Of a stretch of 64,000 nt of DNA, positions 63,901 to 64,000 are shown one piece after another. Within the stretch, counting starts at the first letter, position 1. The number at the start of each line of letters is the position of its first letter. The notes beneath the pieces were generated by a model, which did no database searches, was not told the origin of the DNA, and saw only the letters and a list, made by a program, of their open reading frames with translations. The DNA is taken from contig RHPI01002533.1 of NCBI GenBank assembly GCA_009103225.1, forward strand, positions 214,841 through 278,840. The letters are read 5' to 3'. Origin of the DNA: Chlorokybus atmophyticus (lineage: Eukaryota > Plantae > Mesostigma and Chlorokybus algae). Both the position numbers and the translations under genes were made by a program.

Positions 63901-64000
63901 TGCCATTCGTACAGTTACACTGCAACGAGCATACAGAAAAAAAAATGCTCTTTTATACCTTTGTGCGGATCTTTGAACGGGTTCATCCCGTCGATGAACA
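60950..64000 (-). pseudogene. CACTA (EnSpm TnpD-like) transposase, spliced, apparently decayed
   Basis: VLNLP…LLAVILGP (Transposase_21), SDYP, GCSKC, YQGHRQYLLDDHPYR, GPMHIFAN, MKLHDKH, LHLLGHL…GPTRDHWEWAHERF (DUF4218), WYGRV…LKARWY and DEYPFLLA (DUF4216). Stop at 61224 and a frameshift near 61100. Confidence 0.85.

Larger units (their letters stand above)
58065..64000 (-). mobile_element. CACTA/EnSpm element; extends beyond the window
   Basis: Candidate terminus caccggta at 58065, AT-rich subterminal region with repeated (g)tgaa(t/c)attca motifs (58155-58650), plus a transposase and a PHD/Ulp gene. Confidence 0.7.

Overview
Eukaryotic, intron-rich (GT-AG) genomic DNA. Gene content (plant-type KDO8P synthase, plastid-type ABCI10, DNMT-carrying Ty3/Gypsy remnant) suggests a green alga or early streptophyte; this is inference. 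The window has three zones. (1) 1-16.2 kb is a nested transposon cluster. It holds two same-orientation Plavaka (CACTA-related) transposase copies. Copy 1 is open across its visible part and has a divergent, intact-looking 4-exon accessory gene. Copy 2 is decayed and lies inside an 11.1-kb unit bounded by ~70-bp CACT(G/A)ACAACC inverted repeats. That unit also contains a compact bacterial/phage-type C5 DNA methyltransferase pseudogene, rearranged Gypsy remnants with a second, unrelated DNMT, and a 1.56-kb non-autonomous TIR element. (2) 23.9-52.2 kb holds conserved genes: NAK-family kinase, ABCI10-like ATPase, KdsA, KIN17, THADA/Trm732 and an ALMT/FUSC-family transporter. (3) 54-64 kb is a second TE cluster: a hairpin-rich island with a perfect 24-bp-arm palindrome, a pogo/Tigger MITE beside its decayed transposase-bearing partner, a 502-bp TRIM with 5-bp TSD, and a CACTA element carrying an NSD-type PHD/C5HCH plus Ulp-protease gene. 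Three N-gaps are flanked by G-rich or poly-G sequence. All family assignments come from motif recognition by eye; no database searches were run.
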